Source: an uncultured Geobacteraceae bacterium (GTDB lineage Bacteria > Desulfobacterota > Desulfuromonadia > Geobacterales > Geobacteraceae). Taken from it: a stretch of 64,000 bases of DNA. Of the stretch, positions 29,285 to 39,827 are shown piece after piece. Below the pieces are notes generated by a model that was not told where the DNA came from, did no database searches, and saw nothing but the letters and a program-made list of their open reading frames with translations. Location of the stretch: the NCBI GenBank assembly GCA_964649725.1, contig CAZYTM010000001.1, forward strand, positions 749,675 to 813,674, written 5' to 3'. Each line of letters begins with the position of its first letter. Within the stretch, counting starts at the first letter, position 1. The position numbers and the translations under genes were made by a program.

Positions 29285-30649
29285 TCAAGGTTTTTCGATA
29301 TTGAATTTCTCTAGTCGGTACTGCAGCGTTTTGTAACTCATACCGAGCAGCGGTGCTGCTTTGCTGATAATCCAACCGGCCCGATCCATCGCTTTTATGA
29401 TCAGGTCGCGCTCCAGATCTTCCATAGATATACCGCCAGCAGGAAACTCGAACGGCAGTTTCCCCCCCTGCACGGCATCTTCATGGATCTCTGCTGATAG
29501 ATCCTCTGGCTGAATCAGGTCGCTCTCGGACATCAGCACTCCACGCTCGATGATCGACTCAAGTTGGCGAACATTACCTGGCCAGCTGTAGTTCATAAGT
29601 ATTTTCAGCGCCGGTTTGGAAATCCCTTTGAGGGGTATATCGGCAGCCGAGCTATATTTCTTGACAAAGAAATTTGCCAGGGTGGCAATGTCGCTACCTC
29701 GTTCACGCAATGGTGGGAGATTGATACGGATGACATTGAGCCGGTAGTAGAGGTCTTCTCGGAAGTTCCCTCGCTTGATCTCCGTTTCCAGGTCACGGTT
29801 GGTTGCAGAGATGAGCCGGACGTCAATCGGTATGTTGACTTTTCCCCCGACCCGTCGGAGTTCCTTCTCCTGGATAGCGCGCAACAGCTTGGCCTGCATC
29901 GATACGCTCATTTCGCCGATTTCGTCGAGGAAGACAGTACCGCTGTCGGCAGCTTCGAATAGGCCGATTTCACGACTGCCGGCACCGGTGAAAGAGCCCT
30001 TCTCATGGCCGAACAGCTCCGATTCCATCAGTGTATCAGGGATTGCGGCACAGTTGATGGCAAAGAAGGGGTTGTCTTTCCGTGGGCTACGATCATGTAT
30101 TGCCCGTGCCACCAACTCCTTGCCGGTACCTGACTCGCCATAGATTAAGACGGTGGTGCTGGTGGGAGCAATCTTGCTGATGATCCGGAATACCTCCTTA
30201 ACCTTTGGATGCTCGCCAATAATAGTCGAGATAGTGGCAATCTCTTCCAGCTTTTTATGAAGGACAGTATTTTCACGTAATAGCTCAATATGTTCAAAAG
30301 CACGCTGCAGGGTTAGCAGGAGATCGTCCCGCTCCAACGGTTTCTCCAGGTAATCAAATGCCCCCTTCTTCATTGCTTCTACGGCAGAATCGATAGTCCC
30401 ATGGGCAGTCATGATGACAACGCACTGACGAGGGTTATCAGCAAGGATCTTTTCCATCAACTCCATACCGGACATCCCCTGCATCTTCAGGTCGCTGAGG
30501 ATTAATTCAAACTCTTCTTCCTCAAGCTTTTCCAGAGCCTCCCTTGCACCAGGGACATCAAAGACCCGATAGCCCTCCTTTTGAAGAATGGCGGAGATTA
30601 TCTCCCGTTGCCCTTTTTCATCATCAACTAACAGAATACTTCTGCTCAT
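29285..30649 (-). CDS. Sigma54-dependent response regulator (NtrC family: receiver + AAA+ + Fis-type HTH)
   Basis: Receiver Asp in LILSDLKMQGMSG, Walker A GESGTGKE, sigma54-contact loop GSFTGA, C-terminal HTH AAPLLGMSYKTLQYRL. Confidence 0.9.
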   Translation of the reverse strand: MSRSILLVDDEKGQREIISAILQKEGYRVFDVPGAREALEKLEEEEFELILSDLKMQGMSGMELMEKILADNPRQCVVIMTAHGTIDSAVEAMKKGAFDYLEKPLERDDLLLTLQRAFEHIELLRENTVLHKKLEEIATISTIIGEHPKVKEVFRIISKIAPTSTTVLIYGESGTGKELVARAIHDRSPRKDNPFFAINCAAIPDTLMESELFGHEKGSFTGAGSREIGLFEAADSGTVFLDEIGEMSVSMQAKLLRAIQEKELRRVGGKVNIPIDVRLISATNRDLETEIKRGNFREDLYYRLNVIRINLPPLRERGSDIATLANFFVKKYSSAADIPLKGISKPALKILMNYSWPGNVRQLESIIERGVLMSESDLIQPEDLSAEIHEDAVQGGKLPFEFPAGGISMEDLERDLIIKAMDRAGWIISKAAPLLGMSYKTLQYRLEKFNIEKP

Positions 30650-30658
30650 TTGAAACTC

Positions 30659-32074
30659 CTAGACTTTCTGTGGCAGCACTACGGTAAAGATGGTTCCTTG
30701 ATTTTCCTCGCTGGTGACGAGGATTTCGCCGCCATGCTCCTTGATAATACGTTCTGTGATTGCAAGCCCAAGACCGATCCCTGCCTCCTTGGTGGTAAAG
30801 TATGGCTGGAAAATCTTGCTGATATCTTCGGCAGCTATACCTGTCCCCTGGTCGGCAAAGGTGAGATTAAAGTTGTTTTCTGCCGGGTCGAAAGATGCGC
30901 CAATTGTGACAGTCCCGCCATCAGGCATTGCCTGTGCAGCATTGGTGATGAAATTGAACAGACAGTTGCGCAACAGTTCCGGGTCAGCGCACATTTTCGG
31001 CAGGTCTGGCTGAAGCCTGGTCGATACGCAAATACGCTGTTCGTCCAGTTTGTCTTTCAGCAAAGGAAGGGCTTTATCCAATAACTCTTGAAAATCGAAC
31101 CGGCCAAGACGAAGTTTGAGGGGGCGCCCATAATTCATGAAATTAAGCACCATGTAATTTGCTCTACGTACCTCTTCCTTGATCTTATCAATCAGGGTGT
31201 CCAGATCCCTCCGCTTATCCCCGCAGGTGGGAAGAATCTCGCCTTTCAGATGGTCGATGGCGAGACTGATATAGTTTAGGGGGTTGCGAATCTCATGGGC
31301 GATCCCAGAGGCAAGTTGCCCTACCTTGGAGAGGTGTTCTGCTTCGTAGAGTCGCTTTTCCAGATGTTCTCGTTCGCGTAATTTGGCAACCATCTCATTG
31401 AAGCTTTCCGCCAGTTCTCCTATCTCGTCCCTGCTCTCAACCGGAAAGGTTACTGACAGGTCACCGGCAGAGACTTTTTTAACCTCTGTGGCAAGGCGGT
31501 TTATCGGCCCGGTGTAGCGGCGGGCCAGGAAGATGGTAAGGATAATCCCGAGCATGAATACCATGCATGTGACCATCAACCGGCGCATGAAGTTAGCGTG
31601 CTGAATTTCGCGAATGTTGTCGAGGAGAAGATTGACCTGGACATAGCCCAACTGTTCATCGCCGACGATGACCGGTACGACCAGGTCATAGGGGCGCAAA
31701 GACCCTGTGGCAACAGCACCACGGCCGCGGGTTGCTTTAAGCCCTTTGTCCATCTTTTTCATATCACGTTTCTTGCCGACCTGCTCCGGATCGGAAGAGT
31801 CGATGATCTCCCCTTCATTATTGATGATGTTGATCTCGTTGATCCCCTTATTGCGGGCTTCCTTCAGATAATCGCTAAGTCTGGATGTCACCACCTCGGT
31901 CTCGGAGGTGAGATCCTCAACACTTATCTGGATCGCCTTTGACACTTCGGTAGAGCTTTCCTGGATCTCTCGCACCAGATCATTCTGACTGTACTGGTTC
32001 ATGATGAACAGTGTCAGAATGGCGATAATTAGTAGGGAAAGCATGATTATCACCAGTTTGGCGTTAAGATTCAT
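30659..32074 (-). CDS. Sensor histidine kinase (2 TM, ~140-aa extracytoplasmic domain, HAMP, HisKA, HATPase_c)
   Basis: H-box GIAHEIRNPLNYI, N-box FNFITNAAQA, G-boxes DQGTGI and GIGLGLA. Lies 9 nt upstream of the response-regulator gene. Confidence 0.9.
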   Translation of the reverse strand: MNLNAKLVIIMLSLLIIAILTLFIMNQYSQNDLVREIQESSTEVSKAIQISVEDLTSETEVVTSRLSDYLKEARNKGINEINIINNEGEIIDSSDPEQVGKKRDMKKMDKGLKATRGRGAVATGSLRPYDLVVPVIVGDEQLGYVQVNLLLDNIREIQHANFMRRLMVTCMVFMLGIILTIFLARRYTGPINRLATEVKKVSAGDLSVTFPVESRDEIGELAESFNEMVAKLREREHLEKRLYEAEHLSKVGQLASGIAHEIRNPLNYISLAIDHLKGEILPTCGDKRRDLDTLIDKIKEEVRRANYMVLNFMNYGRPLKLRLGRFDFQELLDKALPLLKDKLDEQRICVSTRLQPDLPKMCADPELLRNCLFNFITNAAQAMPDGGTVTIGASFDPAENNFNLTFADQGTGIAAEDISKIFQPYFTTKEAGIGLGLAITERIIKEHGGEILVTSEENQGTIFTVVLPQKV

Positions 32075-32245
32075 GGCAGCTGTTCTTTCTTTAATTTATG
32101 GCAAATTCGCGTAATTATACCTTACTGCTGCAGATGAAACAAGGGCTGATGTCTGGCTCTTTTTACTGTTAAGGGATTCAGCTTCATTTCCGCGAGATTA
32201 TCTGCTACTATTTTATAATATTGTAAGTGAAGGGTGGATGAGTAG

Positions 32246-32578
32246 ATGCATGAGATGTCCATTACACAAAATATGGTAGATTTGTGTGAGGAAAAGGCTG
32301 GTGGCCGGCGGGTAGTTGAAGTAACGGTGGAGATCGGCGAGCTTTCCGGGGTTGTACCGGAATCGGTAGAGTTCTGTTTTGCGGCCTGCACCAAGAAGAC
32401 CACGCTGGAGGGGGCTAGGCTTATTATCGAACGTATACCTGCATATGGCCGCTGCGAGGCATGTGGAACTGACTATCGCCTGCAGGCCCACTTCGATCCC
32501 TGTCCTGGCTGTGGTGGTTATCGGGTTGTCGTCAACTCGGGGGAAGAGCTACGCGTCAAAGAACTGGAGGTTTCCTGA
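32246..32578 (+). CDS. hypA: Hydrogenase nickel insertion protein HypA
   Basis: MHEMSITQN N-terminus (Ni site) and zinc CxxC...CxxC (CEACG...CPGCG). Confidence 0.9.
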   Translation: MHEMSITQNMVDLCEEKAGGRRVVEVTVEIGELSGVVPESVEFCFAACTKKTTLEGARLIIERIPAYGRCEACGTDYRLQAHFDPCPGCGGYRVVVNSGEELRVKELEVS

Positions 32579-32580
32579 GG

Positions 32581-33360
32581 ATGTGTATTACTTGTGGATG
32601 TTCGCCAGTTAATGCCAAACACGATGCAATGCACCAACACCACCATAATCATGGCCAGGAAATCTTTCCCTCTGACAGTACAGAGCTTCTGCAGGGGAGG
32701 CAGAAGATCGTAGTAGAAGAAGATATCCTGACTGTTAACAATATAATTGCTGCTGATAACAGGCGGCTATTTACTGCTACGAAAGTGCTCGCCCTCAATA
32801 TGGTCAGCTCGCCAGGCTCGGGTAAGACTTCTATCCTGGTAAAGACCCTGACGGATCTGGCAGGTAAATGCAGTCCTGCAGTCATTGAAGGTGATCAGCA
32901 AACCGATCGGGATGCGGAACGGATCGCCGCAACCGGTGTGCCGGTACGTCAGGTCAATACCGGTGCTGGTTGCCATCTGGACGCACATATGGTCTGTCAT
33001 GCTTTAGAAGAATTTGACTTGGAGCAACTCGATCTGCTGCTTATCGAAAATGTTGGTAATCTGGTCTGCCCCGCATCGTTCGATTTGGGCGAAGCGGATA
33101 AGGTAGTAGTCCTCTCTGTGACCGAGGGGGAGGACAAGCCATTAAAATATCCGCAGATGTTTCGAGCAGCTGGGTTAATGCTGCTGAACAAGATCGACCT
33201 GCTTCCCCACCTCAACTTTAACATGGCTGAATGTATAGAGATGGCCCGGAGAGTCAATCCGGACATTACCATTATTCAGCTCTCGGCCCTGACCGGTGCC
33301 GGGATGGAAGAGTGGTACAACTGGCTGCAGCAGCGGCTGAAAATGGTAAGGAACGGCTAG
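32581..33360 (+). CDS. hypB: Hydrogenase nickel incorporation GTPase HypB
   Basis: N-terminal MCITCGC high-affinity Ni motif, His-rich stretch HQHHHNH, P-loop SSPGSGKTS, NKIDL. Confidence 0.9.
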   Translation: MCITCGCSPVNAKHDAMHQHHHNHGQEIFPSDSTELLQGRQKIVVEEDILTVNNIIAADNRRLFTATKVLALNMVSSPGSGKTSILVKTLTDLAGKCSPAVIEGDQQTDRDAERIAATGVPVRQVNTGAGCHLDAHMVCHALEEFDLEQLDLLLIENVGNLVCPASFDLGEADKVVVLSVTEGEDKPLKYPQMFRAAGLMLLNKIDLLPHLNFNMAECIEMARRVNPDITIIQLSALTGAGMEEWYNWLQQRLKMVRNG

Positions 33361-33390
33361 CGAGTAATTCTGCCGCCGCGTGACCGAGAT

Positions 33391-35676
33391 ATGGCTGAGA
33401 TCCAGAGGCTGAGATTCGCCATCGAAGGGGTTGTCCAGGGGGTCGGGTTTCGCCCCTTTGTCTACCGGCTCGCTATTGTCAACCGGCTTGGCGGCTGGGT
33501 GCAGAATACCCCGACAGGAATACTTCTGGAGGTGGAGGGGGAAACGGCCAGTCTGCAACGTTTTCGCAGCGCCCTGGAGGAGGAGACCCCCCCTCTGGCA
33601 GTCATCACTTCAATTTCCTGTGCCTCCATTCTTGCCGAAGGGGACATGACTTTTGTCATCCGTCCAAGTAGTGGAGGTGAAGCCAGGGCTCTTGTCGCCC
33701 CAGATGGTGATGTCTGCACCGACTGTTTGATCGAACTCTTTAACCCAGCTGACAGGCGTTACCTCTATCCCTTTATCAACTGCACCAACTGTGGTCCACG
33801 CTACTCCATCATTACCGGGATCCCCTACGATCGGCCTGCAACCACCATGGCTCCATTCCAACTCTGTCCTGTCTGCCAGGCTGAGTATGACGACCCATTA
33901 AACCGGCGCTTCCATGCACAACCCAACGCTTGTTCAGAGTGCGGGCCGCAGTTAGTGCTGCTTGATCCCGCTGGTGAATTGCTCCCCGGTGAGCCGCTGA
34001 CCGAAGCCATTCGCCTGCTCAAAGAGGGGGGAATTATCGCTGTCAAGGGGACCGGAGGCTATCACTTGGCCGTGGATGCCTGCAACGAAAAGGCCGTGGC
34101 CGAGTTACGCAGCCGCAAAAAGCGGGATGAAAAACCGTTTGCCATAATGGTTGCCGACCTTGCAGCGGTGGACCAATTTGCTTTGGCGGATAAGACAGAG
34201 AGACGGTTGCTGAATAGTGCAGAGCGACCAATTGTAATACTTAAAAAAAGGGGGGGAGATGAGATTGCCCCGTCAGTCTCCCCTGCTAATGACTATTTTG
34301 GTATCATGCTTCCAACTACACCGCTGCAGTATCTTCTGCTGAGGGGCAACTTTCCTGTACTGGTCATGACCAGTGGTAACCTGAGCGATGAACCTGTAGC
34401 CTATCGCGATGATGAGGCACGGCAGCGCCTGGCTGATATCGCTGATGCATTTCTGAGCCATAACCGGGAGATTCATTGCCATAGCGATGATTCAGTGTTG
34501 CGGGTCTTCCAACATGGGCCATTGGTACTCCGCCGAGCGCGTGGCTATGTCCCCCGTGTCATCGCAATCCCCGCTCTATCGAGAAAGGTGTTGGCGGTCG
34601 GTGCAGAGTTGAAAGGTACCATCTGTCTAACACGTGGTTCGCAGGCCTTTTTGAGTCAGCATCTGGGTGACTTGAAAAACAGTTTAACTATGAATGTTCT
34701 GGCTGAAACCGTATCACATTTATCTAGCGTCCTGCAGATTGAACCGGAACTCGTTGCCCATGACCTTCACCCCGATTATCTTTCGACTGGCTATGCCGAA
34801 GCCTTTGCTGGCGGCCTGCCAAGGCTGGCGGTACAGCATCACCATGCCCATATGGCCTCCTGCATGGCGGAAAACAGCCTTTCGGGAGAGACTATCGGTG
34901 TAATATTCGATGGTGCCGGATATGGCCCCGACGCAACCGTATGGGGCGGGGAATTCCTGCTTGGCAACTACGGTAGTTTCATTCGCGCCGGTCATATCTT
35001 CCAGGTCCCCTTGCCTGGTGGCGACGCAGCAGCACGGGAACCTTACCGGATGGCCCTGGCCTGGCTCCACTCCGTATATGGGGACTGGCTCTTCAGCCAT
35101 CGCCTCAGCTGTTGTGCCGAAGTTGCCGAAGCAGACCAACCACTTTTCCTGCAGATGCTGGAGAGCGGCCTGAATTCTCCGTCAACCTCAAGTTGTGGTC
35201 GACTCTTCGATGCAGTGGCATCCCTACTCGATTGCCGGCAGCGGATTACTTACGAAGGGCAGGCGGCCATGGAGTTGGAGTCTCTGGCCGAGAGTGCCGG
35301 GCCAAGTGGCAGCTATCCTTATATGGTGAAGAGTTCGGCAGAAGGCTCACAACTCGATTTTCGCCTGACGATAGAGGCTATCATTGAGGATATTGCTGCC
35401 GGTGAAGATAAAAAGAGTATGGCCAGGCGGTTCCATACCACCATTGCTGTTGCGAGTGCAGATGTCTGCGACAAGATAAGGCGGGCCAAAGGGGTGTCGC
35501 AGGTGGTTTTGTCAGGCGGGGTCTTCCAGAACCGGCTGTTGTCCGAAGAGTTGCAGGAGATATTGACGCAAAGAGGTTTCCAGGTATATACCCACCGTCT
35601 GGTACCGCCGAATGATGGTGGGATTGCCCTGGGACAGGCTGTGATAGCAGGGCATAGTGCCGTCCCTTATGCGTAA
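33391..35676 (+). CDS. hypF: [NiFe]-hydrogenase maturation carbamoyltransferase HypF
   Basis: Acylphosphatase domain (VQGVGFRPFVYRLA), two Zn-finger CxxC pairs, YrdC-like and Kae1-like domains; 761 aa. Confidence 0.95.
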   Translation: MAEIQRLRFAIEGVVQGVGFRPFVYRLAIVNRLGGWVQNTPTGILLEVEGETASLQRFRSALEEETPPLAVITSISCASILAEGDMTFVIRPSSGGEARALVAPDGDVCTDCLIELFNPADRRYLYPFINCTNCGPRYSIITGIPYDRPATTMAPFQLCPVCQAEYDDPLNRRFHAQPNACSECGPQLVLLDPAGELLPGEPLTEAIRLLKEGGIIAVKGTGGYHLAVDACNEKAVAELRSRKKRDEKPFAIMVADLAAVDQFALADKTERRLLNSAERPIVILKKRGGDEIAPSVSPANDYFGIMLPTTPLQYLLLRGNFPVLVMTSGNLSDEPVAYRDDEARQRLADIADAFLSHNREIHCHSDDSVLRVFQHGPLVLRRARGYVPRVIAIPALSRKVLAVGAELKGTICLTRGSQAFLSQHLGDLKNSLTMNVLAETVSHLSSVLQIEPELVAHDLHPDYLSTGYAEAFAGGLPRLAVQHHHAHMASCMAENSLSGETIGVIFDGAGYGPDATVWGGEFLLGNYGSFIRAGHIFQVPLPGGDAAAREPYRMALAWLHSVYGDWLFSHRLSCCAEVAEADQPLFLQMLESGLNSPSTSSCGRLFDAVASLLDCRQRITYEGQAAMELESLAESAGPSGSYPYMVKSSAEGSQLDFRLTIEAIIEDIAAGEDKKSMARRFHTTIAVASADVCDKIRRAKGVSQVVLSGGVFQNRLLSEELQEILTQRGFQVYTHRLVPPNDGGIALGQAVIAGHSAVPYA

Positions 35677-35790
35677 CTTGCGCGTTGCTAATAGGGACGT
35701 ATATGCCTCGAAAAATTCACGGTTTATATAACAGTATATTTAAGCATTAAACTGTAGTGGATATAGTGGATAGAACAAGGAGATTCAGTT

Positions 35791-36021
35791 ATGTGTGTTG
35801 CTGTCCCTATGCGTATCATCAGCATCGATGGTGAAGATGCAATAGCCGAGATAGACGGGGTACAGAGGCGGGCGAGTCTGATGTTGCTGGGTGAAGATAT
35901 CCGGTTGGGGGACTTCATTATTGTCCATGCCGGCTTTGCTATCTCCAGGCTCGATGAAGAGGAGGCAGAGGCGACGCTGGCGATGATGCGCGAGATCATA
36001 TCCCTTGAGGTCAGCCAGTGA
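35791..36021 (+). CDS. hypC: Hydrogenase assembly chaperone HypC
   Basis: N-terminal MCVAVPMRI with the essential Cys2; 76 aa. Confidence 0.9.
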   Translation: MCVAVPMRIISIDGEDAIAEIDGVQRRASLMLLGEDIRLGDFIIVHAGFAISRLDEEEAEATLAMMREIISLEVSQ

Positions 36022-37109
36022 ATTACCAGGATGAATTTCGCGACAGTGCGATAGTGCTAGTCTTAGCCGAACGGATCAAAGAATTGACGGCAGCAGTAGA
36101 AAAGCCGATGACCTTTATGGAGGTCTGTGGCACCCACACCATGGCGATATACCAATATGGGATTCGCGCGCTCCTGCCGGAAACGGTCCGGCTGATTTCC
36201 GGCCCAGGCTGTCCGGTCTGTGTCACCCCGAACGGCTACCTGGACAGGGCTATAGCGCTAGCCCGTCTACCAGGGGCTATCATCGCCACGTTCGGTGATA
36301 TGTTACGAGTCCCGGGTTCATCCACCTCGCTGATGGAAGAGCGGGCGCGGGGCGGGGATATCCGGGTCGTATATTCCCCCCTTGATGCCGTTGCTTTGGC
36401 AGCAAGCCACCCACAGCAGCAAGTGATATTTCTCGGGGTAGGTTTTGAGACAACTGCGCCTGCTATTGCCGGGAGCATCCTGACAGCCGAACAGCAGGGG
36501 GTAAGAAATTATTTTGTTCTGACTTCGCACAAGACGATCCCGCTACCGATGCAGATTCTTGCTGCTGATCCGGAGTTGGCCATAGATGGTTTTATCTGCC
36601 CGGCCCACGTAAGTGCTGTTATCGGCGCAAACCCCTATCAGAGGCTGGCGGAAGAGGGGCAAACCCCCTGTGTGGTGACCGGTTTCGAGCCGGCTGATGT
36701 CTTGCAAGGAGTGGAGATGCTGGCACGACAGGTAGTAGCCGGGGTCAGCAGGGTGGAGATCCAGTACAGCCGGGTAGTAAAGTGGGAAGGGAATGCCAGG
36801 GCAAAAGCGGTCATGGCTCAGGTATTTACACCATGTGATGCAGAGTGGCGGGGGATCGGCCTGATACCTGGCAGCGGCCTGCGTATTGCCGATCGATATG
36901 CCCGATTTGATGCCGAGCAGGTCATACCGGTAGCTGTTGAAATGTTGCAGGAGCATCAGGGGTGTCGTTGTGGCGACATCCTCAAGGGTAAGTTGAGCCC
37001 CTTTGCCTGTCCTCTCTTTGCTACGGTCTGTAGCCCTGAGTCGCCGGTCGGAGCCTGTATGGTGTCGAGTGAAGGGACCTGCGCTGCGGCCTACAAATAT
37101 GGCCGATAG
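36018..37109 (+). CDS. hypD: Hydrogenase maturation protein HypD
   Basis: MEVCGTHT, GPGCPVCV, GFETTAP, C-terminal cysteine motifs; overlaps the hypC stop by 4 nt. Confidence 0.95.
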   Translation: MNYQDEFRDSAIVLVLAERIKELTAAVEKPMTFMEVCGTHTMAIYQYGIRALLPETVRLISGPGCPVCVTPNGYLDRAIALARLPGAIIATFGDMLRVPGSSTSLMEERARGGDIRVVYSPLDAVALAASHPQQQVIFLGVGFETTAPAIAGSILTAEQQGVRNYFVLTSHKTIPLPMQILAADPELAIDGFICPAHVSAVIGANPYQRLAEEGQTPCVVTGFEPADVLQGVEMLARQVVAGVSRVEIQYSRVVKWEGNARAKAVMAQVFTPCDAEWRGIGLIPGSGLRIADRYARFDAEQVIPVAVEMLQEHQGCRCGDILKGKLSPFACPLFATVCSPESPVGACMVSSEGTCAAAYKYGR

Positions 37110-37191
37110 AGGGAGAAATGCGTCCTGCACTTGCGCAATATCTTTATCCAATAAGTAATGATCCAAATGGAACTGCATAATAAGGAAATAC

Positions 37192-38202
37192 ATGGACAAA
37201 GACCTGATCTTATTGGGGCATGGCAGTGGTGGTAAGCTTTCGCATCAACTGCTCAATGATCTCATCATCCCGACCCTCTCCGTGGTGACTGCCGCGGAGC
37301 AGAATGATGCCGCCATTTTGTCGATGGCCGGTAAAAGGCTGGCTTTTACCACTGACTCTTACGTGGTCGACCCGCTCTTCTTCCCAGGGGGCAATATCGG
37401 CTCTCTGGCTGTGAACGGTACAGTTAACGATCTTGCGATGATGGGGGCGAGCCCTCTTTATTTGAGCGTCGGTTTGATAATCGAGGAGGGTTTCAGCCGA
37501 CAGCAACTGGCCAACATTCTGGCAGCACTGCGAGCTGCAGCAGATCAGGCCGGGATTGCCATTGTTACCGGTGACACCAAGGTCGTGCCAAGAGGCAAGG
37601 CAGATCGACTTTTTATCAATACCTCCGGTGTAGGTATACTGGAGCATGATTTTACCATCACCGGCAGCAGGGCTGAGGTGGGGGACAAGATCATTATTAG
37701 CGGCACTATCGGTGACCATGGAATTGCTGTCATGGCTGCCCGCGAGGGGCTCTCTCTGACAACTTCTATCGAGAGTGACTCTGCCCCGCTCAATGGCCTG
37801 GTGGCGGAGATGCTGCAGGAAGGGGGAGCGCTCCATGTGCTGCGGGATCCTACCAGGGGTGGAGTTGCCACTACAATACGGGAGATTGCCAATCAGTCTG
37901 AGGTGACCATCACCCTGCAGGAGAGGGCACTCCCCTTGAAAAACGGGGTCAAGGGGGTATGTGCCATTCTTGGGCTGGATCCGCTATATGTGGCCAATGA
38001 GGGGAAGTTGCTGGCTTTTGTGGCGCCTGACCGGGCAGCAGCAATGCTCAATATAGTACGGCAACATCCTCTTGGCAGGGAGGCTGCTGTTATAGGTTCA
38101 GTGACAGCTTCCGGAAGCGGCCGGGTAGAGCTGGAAACAGTTGTGGGTGGCATGCGCGCAGTGGAGATGCTGACCGGAGAACAGCTACCACGGATATGTT
38201 GA
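37192..38202 (+). CDS. hypE: Hydrogenase maturation protein HypE
   Basis: PurM-like fold with the diagnostic C-terminal ...EQLPRIC. Confidence 0.95.
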   Translation: MDKDLILLGHGSGGKLSHQLLNDLIIPTLSVVTAAEQNDAAILSMAGKRLAFTTDSYVVDPLFFPGGNIGSLAVNGTVNDLAMMGASPLYLSVGLIIEEGFSRQQLANILAALRAAADQAGIAIVTGDTKVVPRGKADRLFINTSGVGILEHDFTITGSRAEVGDKIIISGTIGDHGIAVMAAREGLSLTTSIESDSAPLNGLVAEMLQEGGALHVLRDPTRGGVATTIREIANQSEVTITLQERALPLKNGVKGVCAILGLDPLYVANEGKLLAFVAPDRAAAMLNIVRQHPLGREAAVIGSVTASGSGRVELETVVGGMRAVEMLTGEQLPRIC

Positions 38203-38297
38203 GTGACTTCAGATTGCCAGATGTTCAAGTCGGGTTGCCTGATAAAATTTTCCATGCTACTTTACAACTTTGATCTTCTTCCTGTGATGAGGTACAA

Positions 38298-39782
38298 ATG
38301 GCCCTGAAAATTCTCATGGCCGCTTCCGAGGCGGTGCCGTTTGCCAAGGAGGGAGGGCTTGCCGATGTGGTCGGTGCGCTCCCCAAATATCTGGCAGCAC
38401 GTGGCCACGATATTCGGGTGGTGATGCCTCGTTACTACCGCATCGACCTGGAGAGATACGACCTAAGGCCTCTTCCAGGGGTGCTGGTGGTGCCGATGGG
38501 GATTATCGGCAAGATTTATTGTGGCGTATATGAGGGTAAGCTCCCCGGCTCCGAGGTACCGGTCTACTTTCTTGAACACGATGGATTTTTCGGTCGTGCT
38601 GGCGGGCTCTATGAGCAGGAAAACGAGAGCTACCTGGACAACGACAACCGCTTCATCTTCCTCTCCAGGGCCAGTCTGGAACTGTGCAAGATGCTTGATT
38701 TCCGGCCTGACCTGGTCCATGCCCATGACTGGCATACTGCTGCCATTCCGCTATTTCTCAACACCATCTATCGCCATGACCACTACGTTGGCCAGGCAGC
38801 ATCGCTCCTCACAATACATAACATGCAACATCAGGGGAGCTTTTACGAAGGGGCCATGGATGTCCTCGGGGTGGGATGGGAACATTTCACCTTTCTTGGG
38901 CTGGAAAAGGATAACCAGGTCAATCTCCTCAAGGGGGGTATCTATCATGCCACACTTCTCAATACAGTGAGTGAAGGGTATGCCCGGGAGATGCAGACAC
39001 CTCTTTTTGGCTGGGGTCTGGAGGGGGTAGTACGGGAGCGGGCTGCTGATCTTTATGGGATTCTGAACGGCGTCGATTATGCTGAGTGGAATCCGGAGAG
39101 TGACCATTATCTGCCGGCTAACTATTCTGCTGCCGAGCTTGCTGGCAAGGAGCTCTGCAAAAAAGGGTTGCAACAGGCGATGGGGTTGCCGGAGCGTGAC
39201 GTGCCGCTTATCGGCATGGTATCCAGGCTTGTCAAACAGAAAGGGATCGATCTTCTGGCTGCGGCCATCCCCCGTATCCTCTCCTTAGATTTGCAATGTG
39301 TCCTGCTCGGCGCCGGCGAGCCCTGGGCTCACTTCTATTTCGGTGATCTCCAGGCTGCCCATTCAGAGCGTTTTCGCTGTTATATCGGATATAGTGAGCC
39401 GCTAGCCCACCAGATCGAGGCGGGTGCCGATTTCTTTCTGATGCCCTCGGCATTCGAGCCGTGTGGTCTGAACCAGATGTATTCGCTTCGCTATGGTACC
39501 CTACCCATTGTCCGAGCTACCGGTGGCCTCGATGATAGTGTTGAGAATTTCGATGAAGCGCAGCAGTCCGGCACCGGTTTCAAGTTCTCTGCCTTGACTC
39601 CTGGTGCCCTGTTTGACACGGTCGGCTGGGCGGTCCATACCTGGTATAACAACAGGGAGGCGATGCGAAAACTTATACACAATGCAATGGCGCAGCGGTT
39701 CACCTGGGAGCAGGCGGCGCAGAAGTATGAAGAACTTTATTGCCGGGCCATCCAAAAACGACACGGCAAGATAATTGAATAA
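38298..39782 (+). CDS. glgA: Glycogen synthase (ADP-glucose type, GT5)
   Basis: N-terminal SEAVPFAKEGGLADVVGALPK signature; 494 aa. Confidence 0.9.
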   Translation: MALKILMAASEAVPFAKEGGLADVVGALPKYLAARGHDIRVVMPRYYRIDLERYDLRPLPGVLVVPMGIIGKIYCGVYEGKLPGSEVPVYFLEHDGFFGRAGGLYEQENESYLDNDNRFIFLSRASLELCKMLDFRPDLVHAHDWHTAAIPLFLNTIYRHDHYVGQAASLLTIHNMQHQGSFYEGAMDVLGVGWEHFTFLGLEKDNQVNLLKGGIYHATLLNTVSEGYAREMQTPLFGWGLEGVVRERAADLYGILNGVDYAEWNPESDHYLPANYSAAELAGKELCKKGLQQAMGLPERDVPLIGMVSRLVKQKGIDLLAAAIPRILSLDLQCVLLGAGEPWAHFYFGDLQAAHSERFRCYIGYSEPLAHQIEAGADFFLMPSAFEPCGLNQMYSLRYGTLPIVRATGGLDDSVENFDEAQQSGTGFKFSALTPGALFDTVGWAVHTWYNNREAMRKLIHNAMAQRFTWEQAAQKYEELYCRAIQKRHGKIIE

Positions 39783-39827
39783 TGCCGGTATGATTATTCT
39801 GTAATTAATAGCTCTCTTCTGAGGAAT

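Noticed and set aside
32099-32114. TGGCAA...CGCG in the kinase/hypA divergent region as a possible sigma54 promoter
   Set aside because: The GC dinucleotide is only 9 nt from the GG, which is the wrong spacing, and there is no TTGC.
36543-37836. Two long minus-strand ORFs (218 and 208 aa) across hypD/hypE
   Set aside because: They are antisense to strongly recognisable hypD and hypE (which has the PRIC terminus). They have no SD and no motifs.
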